Source of the DNA: an uncultured Planctomycetota bacterium
GTDB taxonomy: Bacteria; Planctomycetota; Planctomycetia; Gemmatales; Gemmataceae
Direction: 5' to 3'
DNA: 64,000 nt
Assembly: GCA_963849325.1 (NCBI GenBank)
Contig: CAWKHF010000005.1
Span: 416,001 to 480,000 of the forward strand
Shown here: positions 1 through 11,366 of the stretch, piece by piece
Numbering within the stretch: position 1 is the stretch's first letter
Layout: every line of letters begins with the position of its first letter
Position numbers and translations under genes: made by a program
The notes under the pieces: generated by a model
What the model was told of the DNA's origin: nothing
What the model saw: the letters and a program-made list of their open reading frames with translations, nothing else
Database searches by the model: none

Positions 1-56
1 AAGGCCGTCTCGGCAAAGCTCTGCTGGTCCCGATCTGCTGGCGTGACCGTGTTCAT
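1..56 (-). CDS. N-terminus of a gene running off the window edge (possibly acyl-CoA dehydrogenase family)
   Basis: ATG at 56 preceded by GGAAGGA RBS, reads MNTVTPADRDQQSFAETA. The product guess is from recall of planctomycete N-termini only. Confidence 0.4.
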   Translation of the reverse strand, partial: MNTVTPADRDQQSFAETA

Positions 57-464
57 CGTTCCTTCCGCCTTGTGCTTGAGGGAAACATTCGCCGAAGACG
101 ACCGTGGTTTTACACCATCCTCTATTTTCATTCTACGCCCGAGAGGCGAACGGGATCGCATCCGCAATTGTTCCCGATGATTGGCCCCTCGGCTCCGCCT
201 GGCGAAGTGGGGTAGACCTTGCCTGCCGGGGAAACTCACGCACAAAAGGGAAACCAGGCAGATCGAGACCTTTCGGCCTGCCGTGCCGGTGTCGCAGGCA
301 AGGATTGTGCATCTCAGGCACAACCGGAGGGTTGTTTTGAACGTATGATAGATTGAGAATAAATGGGTCGCGCCGGCTGTGGACCCCCGGCCTGGCCGCT
401 CGGCGTCCTCCTCGATAGACCATCACCCGACGCAACGGTCTCCACTCGAAAGGGGTTGTGCGTC

Positions 465-946
465 ATGCGTGCGTTGTCGTATCTCGGCCTGGCGGCCGTC
501 GCCCTCGTGGGTTTGGTCCCAGCCGCCCCGTGAAGTGTTTGCGCGTCTGCGGCAGTGCCGCCGCGCCGGCGGCGCAGACGGTGGTGCCGCCACCGCCCTC
601 GGTGCCCACTCTGCCCGACCCGGACAGCGCGCCGCTCCCGCCCGTCGTGACCACGCTGCCGCCTCCCGCGATGCTGCCGCCCACGGGAACGCCTCCGGTG
701 GTAATCCCGGTACGGCCGATGACCGTGAACGAATTCGTCGCCGCCTTCAAACCCTTGCCGGGGAAGTACGAGGTGCTCCTGATCCATCCCAAGACCGGCG
801 TTCCGGTCAAGGTACACTTCGCGCTGCCGCCCGGCTGCATTCGCACGGTGCGCGTCACTGCGCACAAGATCGCGTTCGTCTACGCCGGCCGCTGCGACGT
901 CGTGATCCGCTTTTTGCACAGCGGCAAGGTGTGGGTACGAGGCTAA
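465..946 (+). CDS. Small secreted Pro-rich hypothetical protein (frameshift near 530)
   Basis: ATG 465 gives a signal-peptide-like MRALSYLGLAAVALVGLVPAA. It continues in the 458..946 frame with a Pro-rich linker and a compact C-terminal domain. Confidence 0.6.
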
Positions 947-978
947 TCGCCCCGGACGGCCGCGAGGGAGATTAACCA

Positions 979-1779
979 ATGGCCACGGACGACCTGACGG
1001 CTTATCGCGAGGCGGCGTGCGAGGCGGCGCGGCGCGGGGCGGCGGTGCTGGAGGACTGGCGCAGCCGCTTCCAGGTCCGCGAGAAGGCACGCTTCGACCT
1101 CGTCACCGACGCCGACCTCGCTTCGCAGCGGACCATTTACACTTACCTGCACGAGCGCTTCCCCGACCACGCCTTCCTCGGCGAGGAGGAGGGCGCGTCG
1201 AAGGCGCGGCCGGCCGCCGACGCGCCGCCGACGTGGATCGTCGATCCGCTGGACGGCACCACCAACTACGTCCACGACTGCCCGATGTACTGCGTCTCCA
1301 TCGGTCTGCAAGTGGCCGGCGAGTTGGTCGTCGGCGTGGTGCTGGACCCACGGCAAAAGGAGTTGTTCGTCGCCGCGAAGGGACAGGGAGCGTGGCTCGG
1401 CTCGCGCCGTTTGCATACCAGTCCGGCTGCCACCTTGGAGGAGGCGCTGCTGGCGACGGGCTTTCCACCGGACCTGCGCGGTCAGGAGCGAACGCTGGCG
1501 TGGTGGCGTTACTTCTCGCTGCGGGCACGTTCGCTGCGCCGCACCGGCTCGACGGCGCTGAACCTGGCGTACCTGGCGGCGGGGCGTTTCGATGGCTACT
1601 GGGCCTTCGACAATCACGTCTGGGACGTGGCCGGCGGTGTCGTGCTGGTCCGCGAGGCCGGCGGCCTCGTCACCAACGTCGATGGCACGCCCTTCGACCC
1701 GTATACTCCCGATGGTTTGGCCAGCAACGGCCCGCTGCATCCGCTGCTGCTGGAGGCGCTGCGGAACGGGGCGGCGTGA
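979..1779 (+). CDS. suhB: Inositol monophosphatase family protein
   Basis: Motifs DLVTDAD, GEE, WIVDPLDGTTNY, WDVAGG. GAGGGAG RBS. Confidence 0.93.
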   Translation: MATDDLTAYREAACEAARRGAAVLEDWRSRFQVREKARFDLVTDADLASQRTIYTYLHERFPDHAFLGEEEGASKARPAADAPPTWIVDPLDGTTNYVHDCPMYCVSIGLQVAGELVVGVVLDPRQKELFVAAKGQGAWLGSRRLHTSPAATLEEALLATGFPPDLRGQERTLAWWRYFSLRARSLRRTGSTALNLAYLAAGRFDGYWAFDNHVWDVAGGVVLVREAGGLVTNVDGTPFDPYTPDGLASNGPLHPLLLEALRNGAA

Positions 1780-1800
1780 CCAGTCTCCGCCCGAGTCCCC

Positions 1801-3346
1801 TTATTTGTCCGGGCGGGCAAAGCGGTAAGTGACGAGCGATCGAGCGGGCAATGTGTCCGCAAAACTCCCGGCGCCTCTTGTGAGTTCCGGCAGGTCGGCC
1901 CTCTCTTCCGTGGCGCTGGTGCGGCTGCGCGTGGCGGTGGTCACGGGGGACCATTTGCCCGTCAGTTTGAGGGCGATGGAGGCGTCCTTGTCCTGCACGT
2001 TCACGATATGGACAACGAGCGTCCGGCCATCGGCGGAGAGAAAGCCCGTGGGCTTGACGCCGGCCTGGCCGTCGCCGCTCGCCCCCGGCCCGGTGAGACC
2101 GATTTCGACAACGCGCATGCCGGGCGTGAGTGGCTCGGCCCACTGTCGAAAGAGGTGGTAGGCCTTTGTCAAACGGTAATCCTTGCCCCAGTCCACGTGG
2201 ATCAGGGCTTCGCCGCTCTCGCGTGGCGGATACACCCAGTCATAGGCCATCCACACGTTCGCCCCGCCTTTGAACGCCTCGTGCATGGCTCGGCCGTATT
2301 CGGTCGCGGAGTTAATCATCCCCGGAGAGGCGTCTTTTTTCCGGGCACACCATTCGGTCATCCACACCGGACGTTCGCCGGCAAGTCGTCGCAAGGCACC
2401 CCAGCGGTCGCCGCGCGGGTCGTAATCGTGCGAGGCAACCACGCCGAGGTAGCGTCCGGCCGTTCTCAGAAGGGGTGGGACGTAATCCTGGGCTGCTCCC
2501 GGCGCACTCAGCGTATTCGGCCCGACGAGTTTGGGACGCGGGACCTCCGGGTGACGGCGGGCCATCTTTTCCAGATATTCTCCCACCGTCTTGAAAACCA
2601 CGGCGTGGCGCTGAGGAGTCCAGAAGCAGCCGGGCTGGGTGTGCGGCCAATCGGGTTCGTTGGCGATACAGAGGTACTGAATGGGAGCGCCATTCCGCTG
2701 CATGTGGGCGAGGAACGCCCACACGTACTCGCCGAGTTCCAGTTCCATGCCGGGTTTGAGTGTAGCGCGGGCTTCGCCGCCGCCGGAGGCGGCGTTGTTC
2801 GTTTTCATCCACGGCGGCGGCGTGGTGAGCGTGGCGAAGAGCTGAATGTCCTTTCGCCGTTTCAACGCCGCCTTGGCAATCCGCAGGGTGTGCGCAATAC
2901 GCGAAGTTCTTCTCGTCGAAAGCGGGCGTCCAGGGGTCGGCGTTATCGTTCTCCGGCTCATGGGTTTCGCGGATCATGAGCTGCAGGTATCGCGTGGGCA
3001 CGCGGGCGAACATATCGTCGTAGAGCTGCTGCTGCCGTTTGTCGTTGTCCCGCGCGGCCAGGCTGGTAATGTGCCCCTCGTAGAAGATTGCGCCCGCGCC
3101 GAGTCCTTGAAAAACCTGTCGGGTCCGTGCCGTCTGCACGGTGATGCGCGTCTCTTGCGAATGAGCGAAGCCGCAAAGAGGAGAAGCCAGCAGAGCGCAA
3201 CCAAATAGGAAGCCAACGCCCTGCCACGCCGCGGGTCGCGGCAGTAGCCGTCGGGCGGACTTGCTTGGGCGGGCTGAGGGATTCCGTCTCCGGACGATCT
3301 CTCGCCTCCGCGCAAGCCACAAGAGGGACGGAAGGATTCGGTACAT
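1801..3346 (-). CDS. Glycoside hydrolase family 30-like secreted protein (frameshift near 2890)
   Basis: N-part QVFQGLGAG after a signal-like segment. C-part has TPPPWMKTN, the NEPD acid/base and WMTEW nucleophile motifs, and a C-terminal beta-sandwich (LPARSLVTY). Confidence 0.8.
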
Positions 3347-3418
3347 GATTTGTCCTCGTATCGGCTATCCTTCTTGGCGGTTTCCCGCCGCGAAAGCTCC
3401 GACGTTGACGGCGCCCGC

Positions 3419-4375
3419 TCAGGAGGTTGACGCCTCCCGCTGCGCCGGGGTCGCCAGCACGATCCGCTGTCCTTCCGCTCGGCTGCGCGACGCCGCCCGC
3501 AGCCAGGTCAAGGCCTGGTAGGCATCCTCGAAACTCGGCCGCATCGTCTGTCCCGATCGGAGGGCCAGGATGAAGCGCTCCAGTGCCGCCTGCTCCGCCG
3601 TGCGCGGCGGCAAGCGCTGAGCGTGCTGGCCGTCGGCATCGCGCCAGCGCAGTTGTCGCGGCCATCCCGCCGTCGCCGTGCCCGTCTCCGCGACCACCTC
3701 GAACCGTCCCGGCGTCCGCCCCGTCGCGGCCGTCCACAGCGTCACCTGCGCCAGCCGTCCGCCGCCGAACGAGAGCACCAGCGTGGCGAACGATGCCCCT
3801 TCGCCTTCGACCGCCCATACGCTCCGCGGCGTATCGTCCAGCAGCCAGGCACAGCCGGCCAGGAGCGGCAGCACGACCGGATGGTGCAGCAGGTCGCGCC
3901 CCGAGCCGGCAGGGTCCACGGCCCAGTCCGCGCGCACCAGGCGCGCCTGCCCCAGTCGATGCGTCAACAATTCGCGCAGATACAGCGTTGCCGGTGACAG
4001 CACGGGGGCCAAGGCCATGAGCACGGGCAGGCCGCTGTCGTGGATTTGCTGGCGCAGAGCGTCGGCGTGCGCGTCGTCGCCGTCGAGCGACTGGGCGCAA
4101 AGGACCGGCTTGTTGGTCGCGCAGGCGCGTTCGAGTGGCCACAGACCGAACCACTGCGCGTCGAGCAGCAGCACCGCCTCGACGTCGGCGCGCTCGAGCA
4201 GTTCGACGGGTCCGCCCGCGACGGTGCAGCGCAGCAGTCGCGCCGCGGCCTCGGCGCGGCGAACGACCTGATCGCACACGGCCCGCACCTCAATGTGGTC
4301 GCCCAGCCGGGCCAGGACCGGCCGATACCGCCGCCAGCGTCGGCCCAGGCCAATCACTCCTACGCGCAGCCGCAT
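3419..4375 (-). CDS. Gfo/Idh/MocA family oxidoreductase
   Basis: MRLRVGVIGLG Rossmann start, AVCD, typical C-terminal PSFEDA. Confidence 0.8.
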   Translation of the reverse strand: MRLRVGVIGLGRRWRRYRPVLARLGDHIEVRAVCDQVVRRAEAAARLLRCTVAGGPVELLERADVEAVLLLDAQWFGLWPLERACATNKPVLCAQSLDGDDAHADALRQQIHDSGLPVLMALAPVLSPATLYLRELLTHRLGQARLVRADWAVDPAGSGRDLLHHPVVLPLLAGCAWLLDDTPRSVWAVEGEGASFATLVLSFGGGRLAQVTLWTAATGRTPGRFEVVAETGTATAGWPRQLRWRDADGQHAQRLPPRTAEQAALERFILALRSGQTMRPSFEDAYQALTWLRAASRSRAEGQRIVLATPAQREASTS

Positions 4376-4472
4376 AATCGCTCCCGTCCGTCCGGCGAAG
4401 TCCGCCGCTCGCCTTGTCGGCGAGCCTTCGATTACTGTATACTCCGCCGCGCGCTCGGACCATGCGGCCTCC

Positions 4473-5225
4473 TCATGAGAATTCATGAGAAGCGATTGAC
4501 CCCACGGCGGACCCTCGGTAACATGCCTGGATCGCGGCCCCTTCGCCAAGTGGTAAGGCAGCGGATTGCAAATCCGCTATCCCCGGTTCGAATCCGGGAG
4601 GGGCCTCTTGTCTCAATCCGTCGCAATCGCCCTCATCCACTCTCAAACCCTTCCCACGATCAAGACTTGCGCTGCAGGGCGTTCGGGGCACTTCCGCCGC
4701 CTCATCCTCAATCAATCTCAGCGAAGCGCAATCGCTATCAGATTTCTGTGTAAGCGCCGTGTAAGCGCCATCAACGATCATTGATGCGTCGGTGCCGGTG
4801 GGGCGGAGCGCCGCCGCCTCGCGGCCGGCATCCAGCGGCAAGAAGCTCGGCAACCGCTCAACGGCGCCGGCCAGGTCGTACAGGCGACGGTGCGCGTAGC
4901 GGGCCATCAGCGTCGGCGTCGAATGGCCGGCCAGTTCTTGCAATGTCCGCAGGTCGATGCCGGCGCGGGCGCCCAGCGTCAGGTAGGAATGCCGCAGACT
5001 GTGGAAGTCGGCGTACAGCGGGCCGTCCGGTCCCTCAATGGTGTAGGGAATGCCGGCCGCTTCCAGGTCGATCCGCAGCATTTCCGCCGCCTTCCAGTCC
5101 TTCGCCCATGTACCGCCCCAAACGGGCAGACCGGCCGGTTTATCGGCGAGGTAGTTCCGCAGTAGTTCCGCCACGTCCGGCGGCAGCGGCTGCACCTTGG
5201 TCTTGCGGCTCTTGTTCCGGCGGGC
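4473..5225 (-). pseudogene. Tyrosine recombinase/integrase, C-terminal half only
   Basis: FHSLRH (H-x-x-R), LAGHS and ARY (catalytic Tyr) are present; the N-terminal domain and first catalytic Arg are missing. The tail reads through the tRNA antisense. Confidence 0.85.
4536..4606 (+). tRNA. tRNA-Cys(GCA), copy 1
   Basis: GGCCCCT/AGGGGCC acceptor stem, GCGGA-TTGCAAA-TCCGC anticodon arm, GGTTCGAATCC T-arm, U73 discriminator. No encoded CCA. Confidence 0.96.
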
Positions 5226-5429
5226 CGGCCCCGCCCCGCTCGGTTCTGAGGACGAACGCGACGGAGCCGGCCAAAGGATCGATACAGTGTACGCGGACGG
5301 GGCGGACGAACAAAGGTCCGTAGGCGGTCAACGCAACCGGGATCGGCCTCACGGCGGGAGCGTCCAGGCCAGTGGCGGCGAACCGCTCCACGGTGTCCGA
5401 TCCAGCGTTCGCGTGTCTGCTCATCCTTC

Positions 5430-6100
5430 CTCACCTGGCTCGCGGCCGTGCGGCGCCGCCTGTTCGTGCGCTTCGCCGTTGTGGTCCTCCGCGCGCACAA
5501 AACCACAAAACCCCGCTCCCCCCTGAAAATCTGGCCTCTTTTCCAGCAGGTCGGGAGGTTTTGTGGTTTTGTGGCGCGGAGTCGGAAGCGCGCGGAGGGA
5601 CGGCCGCCGCGTGGCCCGCTGGTGCTGTCGAGCCAATCGCCGAGTCCCGCACCGGCCAATTCGTCGAGAGCGGCCTTGGCGCCATCGCTCGTGGGATAGC
5701 GGGAGCGCAGCCCCGCCTGGACGACCCTCACCGTCGTCTCGCCCCCGCGCGCCTCGATCCACTCGAACAGGTCGCGGAGGCGGCGTTCGTCCTCCGTTTC
5801 GCAGAGGACGGCATAGACGCGCTCGGCTTCGCCGGCAAACCACTCCGCCAGGCGGATACCGGCATGGATGGATTGCTCTCCCACGGGCCGAATGTCTCCA
5901 ACCTCCACCGCGACATGCGCCACCACCGAATGCACCAGCGCCAGCCGGGCGGCGTATCCTTCCAACTTGGAAAGTGCGGCCGCCTCGGCATCCCATGCGG
6001 CGGCCTGTTTCTCACCCCAACGGTTGAACCAATCCACAAAAACGGCTTTGGCCGCCGGTGTCAGGCTCAGGAAGTGGAGCCTCCGCGTCGCTCCGACCAT
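5430..6100 (-). pseudogene. DUF3987/YfjI-like (primase-associated) protein, C-terminal fragment
   Basis: LSKLEGYAARLALVH...AGIRLAEWF followed by a wHTH-like tail ending GGRPSARFRL. N-terminus absent. Confidence 0.65.
5496..5573. repeat. 17-bp perfect inverted repeat built from tandem CACAAAAC units (iteron/ori-like)
   Basis: CACAAAACCACAAAACC at 5496-5512 and GGTTTTGTGGTTTTGTG at 5557-5573. Confidence 0.85.
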
Positions 6101-6134
6101 CAGGTGGTCGGCACCGACCTCCCAAGCTCACCCC

Positions 6135-7354
6135 CTACTCGTCGAACAGACTGCTTCCTTGGCGCTTGGCTCTCGCAGCCTCGTACTCGACGTGAAGCTC
6201 AGGAAGCCCCGGAAAGACTTTCCGCGCCGCCTCCATGAATTTCTCGTCCGAAAGGAGTTCGTAGGTCACGCCTTTGAAAACAACCTTCAGCTTCATTTCC
6301 CCGATTAGTCGCTCTGGCGTACCAGACGCCTGGGCGATCTCCTTGTCCAGTAGTCTCCGAATCGTGTCGGGGTCGGGGGTCGAAGCGAAGTATTTGCGCC
6401 AACGGTCAGGAGGGCTATTCTTGACCGAGCGAAACAGGGCTTCCACCAGTGCCTCTCGGTTGCGATCCATCGCCTGAGCGAGATTCTTGATTACTGACCG
6501 CTTGAAGAGTTCGATGCAGCGCCGAAGCTGCTCGACCTTTTTCTCGAAGACCGGCTTCACCTCCCTCAGGACAACATTTCCGTAGCCCGGAATCGTGGCC
6601 AAGTACGTCTTCACCAGCCAGGTCTTCGCATGTCGCAGCCGCTCTCCAGAAAGTTCGTCTCGCTCATCAACTAGCCGAAAACTGGCCTTGAGCCGCCGCT
6701 TCGTCTCGTCGTCCTTTGTCAGCCCCATGAGTTCTGCGGGAATCGGGATCGTCATGTCGCCCGATGTGGGTGCCGGACATCTCGAATTCGACGAACTCGA
6801 AGTTGGCGTTGAAGACCCGTACCGTGCGAGCGATGTCGAATTTCTGCACGGGGTTCTTCCTCAAGTCGATCTCGACCCTCTCCACGTCAGTCGCAGTCGC
6901 TTTATCAAGCCCGATGACTTGGCCCTTGACGCCGTGTTCGCCGTGGCCCAAGTCCCGCTCGATCTCCGGCGGCGTCCCGCCAAACACGACGGCATTGGGC
7001 GTATCGGGGCTGGACGGGTCGGCCTCGATAAGTGCGGGTGTCCGAGACGATCAACCCGATTCTGATGCCCGGCTGCCGCTGGATTATCGTGCCGAGTTCG
7101 GCGGCGGTTGATTCGAGGATCTTCAGTCCGTCAAAATCCCCGTAGCCCAGCCGAAATACCTCTGGGTCGAGGTCCAGAATCACGTTCACCCCATTGCCGC
7201 CGAGCTGCCTCCATTTCTCACGGATGGCGGAAGCCACCGTCGTACTGACTGCAGGGGCCAGCACGACGAGCCGGCTGGCTGCCCGTGCGATGAGATCGCA
7301 CATTGCCTGATCGCTTGCGGCTGTGATAGACCGTTGTTGGTTGCTCATCGCCAC
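6135..7354 (-). CDS. Hypothetical ~400 aa protein with PLD-like N-terminal fold, split over three frames
   Basis: ORFs 6905..7354, 6667..6987 and 6135..6755 join into one protein. The N-part ARAASRLVVLAP...GVNVILD...RIGLIVSD follows PLD topology. Confidence 0.6.
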
Positions 7355-7433
7355 ATTCTCATTCTCTCAGATGCGACGCACGGCACGGCGTCCACAGTTT
7401 TGCGGCGCCGTCGGATGCTCCGCTAACGCATCT

Positions 7434-7850
7434 TTACTCTCTCCCGGCGGGATCAAGCCGACCGCATTCCTGCAAGCGCTGTTGCCTGTCTTCCCAATCC
7501 GGCATGTAAGCGAACAGGAAGCTCTTGAAGAGCTTGCCGTGATTCGGCGCCAGGAAATGCACTAATTCATGGACAATGACGTACTCGGCCAGTTCCTGCG
7601 AAATGCCGAGCAGATGCGTGTCGAGCGTCAGCCGCCCCTTCAAGGACACGGACCCCCATTTCGACTTCATCGGGCGTATGTGGATTTGCGCGGGTCGAAC
7701 GCCGATCCGCGTCGCCCAATGCCTCGCCGCCCAGCGCAGATCGTCAGCATCGCGCCAAGCGCCACCGTACCCCTGTCCGTTCTCGGACGGGGCGCGGCGG
7801 TTGCTCTTGGCACCTCTTGCCTTCGTTGTCCGTGCCTTCCGCTGGCTCAT
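7434..7850 (-). CDS. M48/YgjP-like (DUF45) zinc metallohydrolase
   Basis: MKSKWGS, YVIVHELVH, NHGKLF motifs. ATGA overlap with the hsdR stop. Confidence 0.88.
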   Translation of the reverse strand: MSQRKARTTKARGAKSNRRAPSENGQGYGGAWRDADDLRWAARHWATRIGVRPAQIHIRPMKSKWGSVSLKGRLTLDTHLLGISQELAEYVIVHELVHFLAPNHGKLFKSFLFAYMPDWEDRQQRLQECGRLDPAGRE

Positions 7851-10718
7851 ACGCGCTGCAACCTCAGCAGGGTGTTGGCGACTTCAATCAGCTTGGCCGG
7901 TCCCACGATGGGACGGAGCGCCTTGTACACCTCGGCGCGCAGTTGGCCCTTCTGTTGCTGGTCCCATTGGTAATCCGGGTATCGGTCGAAGATGCCGTTC
8001 AATGTTCCGGCTTGCTCGGTCGTGACGGCCGGCGCCACGAGCTTCACGGTGGTATAGATGGCAAAGGTGTTCTCATCGACACCGAGCCGCTGGCGGTCTT
8101 CGTCCGATTCGACGTAGCGCTGGGCCAGGTTCTGGAAGTCCAGCAAGACTTGCTGCGTGGTGAGCTGCCGGTCTTCATACGCTTGCGCCAACTGCTCGGC
8201 GCGCTCACCGATGGATGTCAGGAACGGCTTCGCCGCCCCGTCGCGCTGGACGGCTGCGGTCAGCAGCTTGCGGAGGTTCAGTATCTTGGCGACGTCGGAC
8301 GTGTCTGCCTGTTTCAGAGCGGCCAACTCGGCGGCGCCCAGTTCGTGGACCGCTCCCGGCAGTTGCACATACTGGCCGTCCGTGTGCTCGCGTAGCAGCT
8401 CGCGCGTCTTCGCGGTCATTTCCCGATCGACATAAGCGCGATCCGCATAGGCGTTGCGGATCAGGGCGAACAACTCGGACAGGGCCAGGTAATCCTCCAA
8501 GAAAGGCCGCAGGAACGCATCGGGGGAGAGGATGTCATACAGCCCTTGCAGCTGCTTGAAGAACTTGAAGAACTCTTCACGCTTCCCTCGCTCGGCAAAG
8601 TGATCGATGGCCCTCTCCTTGGCCTTGTCGTCGAAGCCGCGAGCAAGCGGCAGATAATCCGGCGCCGCTTCGCGCATCCAGGTGGCGAATAGCTTTTTCA
8701 GTACATCCACGTTTTGGATGACAGAGGCCACGATGTCGGAATCGAATGCCAGCGCCTGCTCCAGCTTCTCGAAGATGCCCACGAAATCGAGGACGAACCC
8801 GCACGGCTTCACCAGGCCATCCTCGTCCTCATAGGGCCGATTGACGCGGGCGATGGCCTGCAACAGCACATGGTCGCGCATCGGCTTGTCGAGGTACATG
8901 CAATAGAGGATCGGCGCATCGAAGCCGGTCAGCAGCTTCTCGGTGACGATCAGGATTTTCGGCAGTGCATCCTTGCGGACGAAAGCCTTGCGTACTCGCT
9001 TCTCCTCGTCGCTCTCCAGGTAATGCTCTTTCAAGTGCTCCTCGTCGTTGTGGCTCGGCGAGTACACAACGCGCGAGTAGTCAGGCGGAAGGTACTTATC
9101 GAGCGCCTGCTTGTACAGCACGCACGCCTCGCGGTCCACCGCGACCACGAACGCCTTGAACCCCATCGGCTCGACCGTGTTCCGGTAGTGCTCGGCGATG
9201 TAGCGGGCGATCGGCTCGATGCGCGTCCGCGCCTTCATCAACTCTTTCAGTTCCACGGCGCGATCGAGGATGGCGTTCAGTTCTTCCACGTCACTGATAC
9301 CCTGCGCCTCCGCCAGGTCCAGAAACCGCTTTTCCAGCGTTTCGCGGTCTACCAGCAGATGCGACGGCGCCAGGGCGTAATGGAGCTTGACCGTCGTGCC
9401 GTCTTCGATCGACTCGGCGATGGAATACTTGTCGAGGTAGCCCTGCTCATCGTCCACGCCGAACACCTTGAAAGTGCCCTTGCCCTGCGAGGTCCGGTCA
9501 ATCGGCGTGCCGGTGAAGCCGAGGTAAGTGGCATTCGGCAGAGCACCCATCAGGTAGTTGCCGAGATGGCCGCCAGTGGTACGGTGGGCCTCATCGACCA
9601 GAACGATGATGTTCTCGCGGCGGTTCAGGTTGGCGGGGATGTCGTCAAACTTGTGGATCATCGACACGACCAGGCCGCGATAGTCCGAGGCCAGGATGTC
9701 TTGCAGTTCGCGCTTGCTGTGCGCCTCGCACGGGCTGGAGATGCCGTAGTGGGCCAGGTTCTGTAAAAGCTGGCCTTCCAGTTCCAGCCGGTCCACGATC
9801 ATCAGCACAGTCGGCTTGTCGCCGCCCCGCGTCTCGCGCAGCAGCCGAGAGGCAATGGCGATCATCGTCAGCGTCTTGCCGCTGCCTTGCGTGTGCCAGA
9901 CCAGTCCACGACGCTTGACCGGATCGCGCGCCCTGCACGACCGCCTTCTCGACCGCGCGCGTCTGGTGCTGGCGCAGGATGATCTTGACCAGCACGTCAT
10001 CGCGGTTCAGGAAGACGAGATGTTCGCGCAGCAGACGCAGGAAGCGCGGCCGGTCGAAGAAGCCCTTGACCTTCCGCTCGTAGTCGCCCGGCTCTTCGTC
10101 CTTCCAGTTGAACAGTCCCTTGCGGGCCGTGTTCCAGGTGACGCCGTAGAAGAAATCGACCAGTTGCGTGACCTCGAAAACCTGGCTGGACGTGAACAGC
10201 TCCGGCGTCTCGTTGTGGTAGCGGCGGACTTGCTGGACGCCTTCCTCCAGACCGTCGGGCTTGGCGGCCTTCTTGGTTTCGGCCACGGCCACGGGCAGGC
10301 CGTTGATGAGGAATACCACGTCCGCCCGGTTGCGGTAGACGGCGCCGCGCTGCACCCATTCGTCGGTGACGTGGAAGAGGTTCTTGTCGGGGTTGTCGAA
10401 GTCGATGAGGCGGACGTTACGCTCGCGGTTCTCATCGGGGACGAAGATCGATTGCTCGCCGCGCATCCAAGAAAGGGCGTCTCGGTTGCCTTCAATGGTG
10501 GGGCGGAGCAGGTTGAGCCGACGGATGACCTCGGCGGCCCGGTCGCTGTCAAGGACGCCGGGGTTGAGGCGGACGAGTTGAGCGGCCAAGTCGTCGCTGA
10601 GGAACAGCCCGCGGTCGCCGCCGCGCCGGGCCAAGGCGTCGGCGGGAGAGACGTACTGCCAGCCGATCTCGCCGGCGTACTTGAGCATGGGATTCTGCAC
10701 TTCGGAGCGTTCGCTCAT
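7847..10718 (-). CDS. hsdR: Type I restriction endonuclease subunit R (frameshift near 9935)
   Basis: Nuclease [19 protein letters not shown], Walker [35 protein letters not shown]. Confidence 0.95.
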
Positions 10719-10884
10719 GGCTCGTTCTCCAGGGAGTTTTACGGCGTAGTAATGGAATAGCCCGGATTGAGTCGCTTAATGCAAGCTGTTTTATTATAAA
10801 GCAAGTTGCGTCATATACGATTGCTGCATTAGCTTCGCATTTTATGCGTTTGACCAGAGCAATTGCCGTTGTACAGTTCGTCCG

Positions 10885-11200
10885 CTAGATTCTTTCCCAG
10901 TGTCCTGTCCGTAGCTTGCCGACAAAGCGAACCCGGCCCTCTTCGCGTAACTCGTGCAGGAGGCGTAGGATTTGATTGCGGCTCAAGTCTTTCAATACGT
11001 CCAGAAACTCTTGCATAGTGCCTTGGTTCTCGTGATGCTCTAGGTGCTTGAGGATCAATTCTTTGTTGGTTTCCTTGTCGAGGCCGCGTTCGCGGGTGTA
11101 AATGCCTTTCTGCCCTGCCACCGACGTAATACTTCTTGGAGAGCATGTAGTGCGTGCCGCGTGCTCAGCCGATCTTTTCGACAAGTCGTAACTTAAGGAC
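10885..11200 (-). pseudogene. Degenerate C-terminal wHTH fragment paralogous to the adjacent HATPase-wHTH gene
   Basis: EKIG*ARGTHYMLSKKYY / ...EGRVRFVGKLRTGHWERI versus EKVGRTRGAHYTLS / ...AGRIRFVGTRRSGHWEKV in the neighbour. Confidence 0.7.
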
Positions 11201-11366
11201 GGTGGTGCGTTCGGTGCCGGACATAGCTCTCTCTCGAATAGGTGTATCAGAGATCGCAGGATTTCCGCCAATTGCCAAGCATTCTAAGTCGTTTCCAACA
11301 AAAACGTTGCGGCATTATCAATGCATGGTATTGCAGGGGGAGATACCATTCCCCGTCAATCCATCC

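Noticed and set aside
232-305. Possible c-di-GMP-I riboswitch (CACGCACAAAAGGGAAACC resembles the 5' part)
   Set aside because: The downstream GACGCAAAG junction and tetraloop-receptor stem are not recognisable; it would need an Infernal hit.
531-533. TGA after the signal peptide of the first ORF as a recoded codon
   Set aside because: The protein continues in a different frame, so an indel in the CCCC run explains it.
11165-11167. In-frame TGA in the wHTH remnant as selenocysteine
   Set aside because: It aligns to Arg in the paralog (likely CGA>TGA) within an otherwise decayed fragment.
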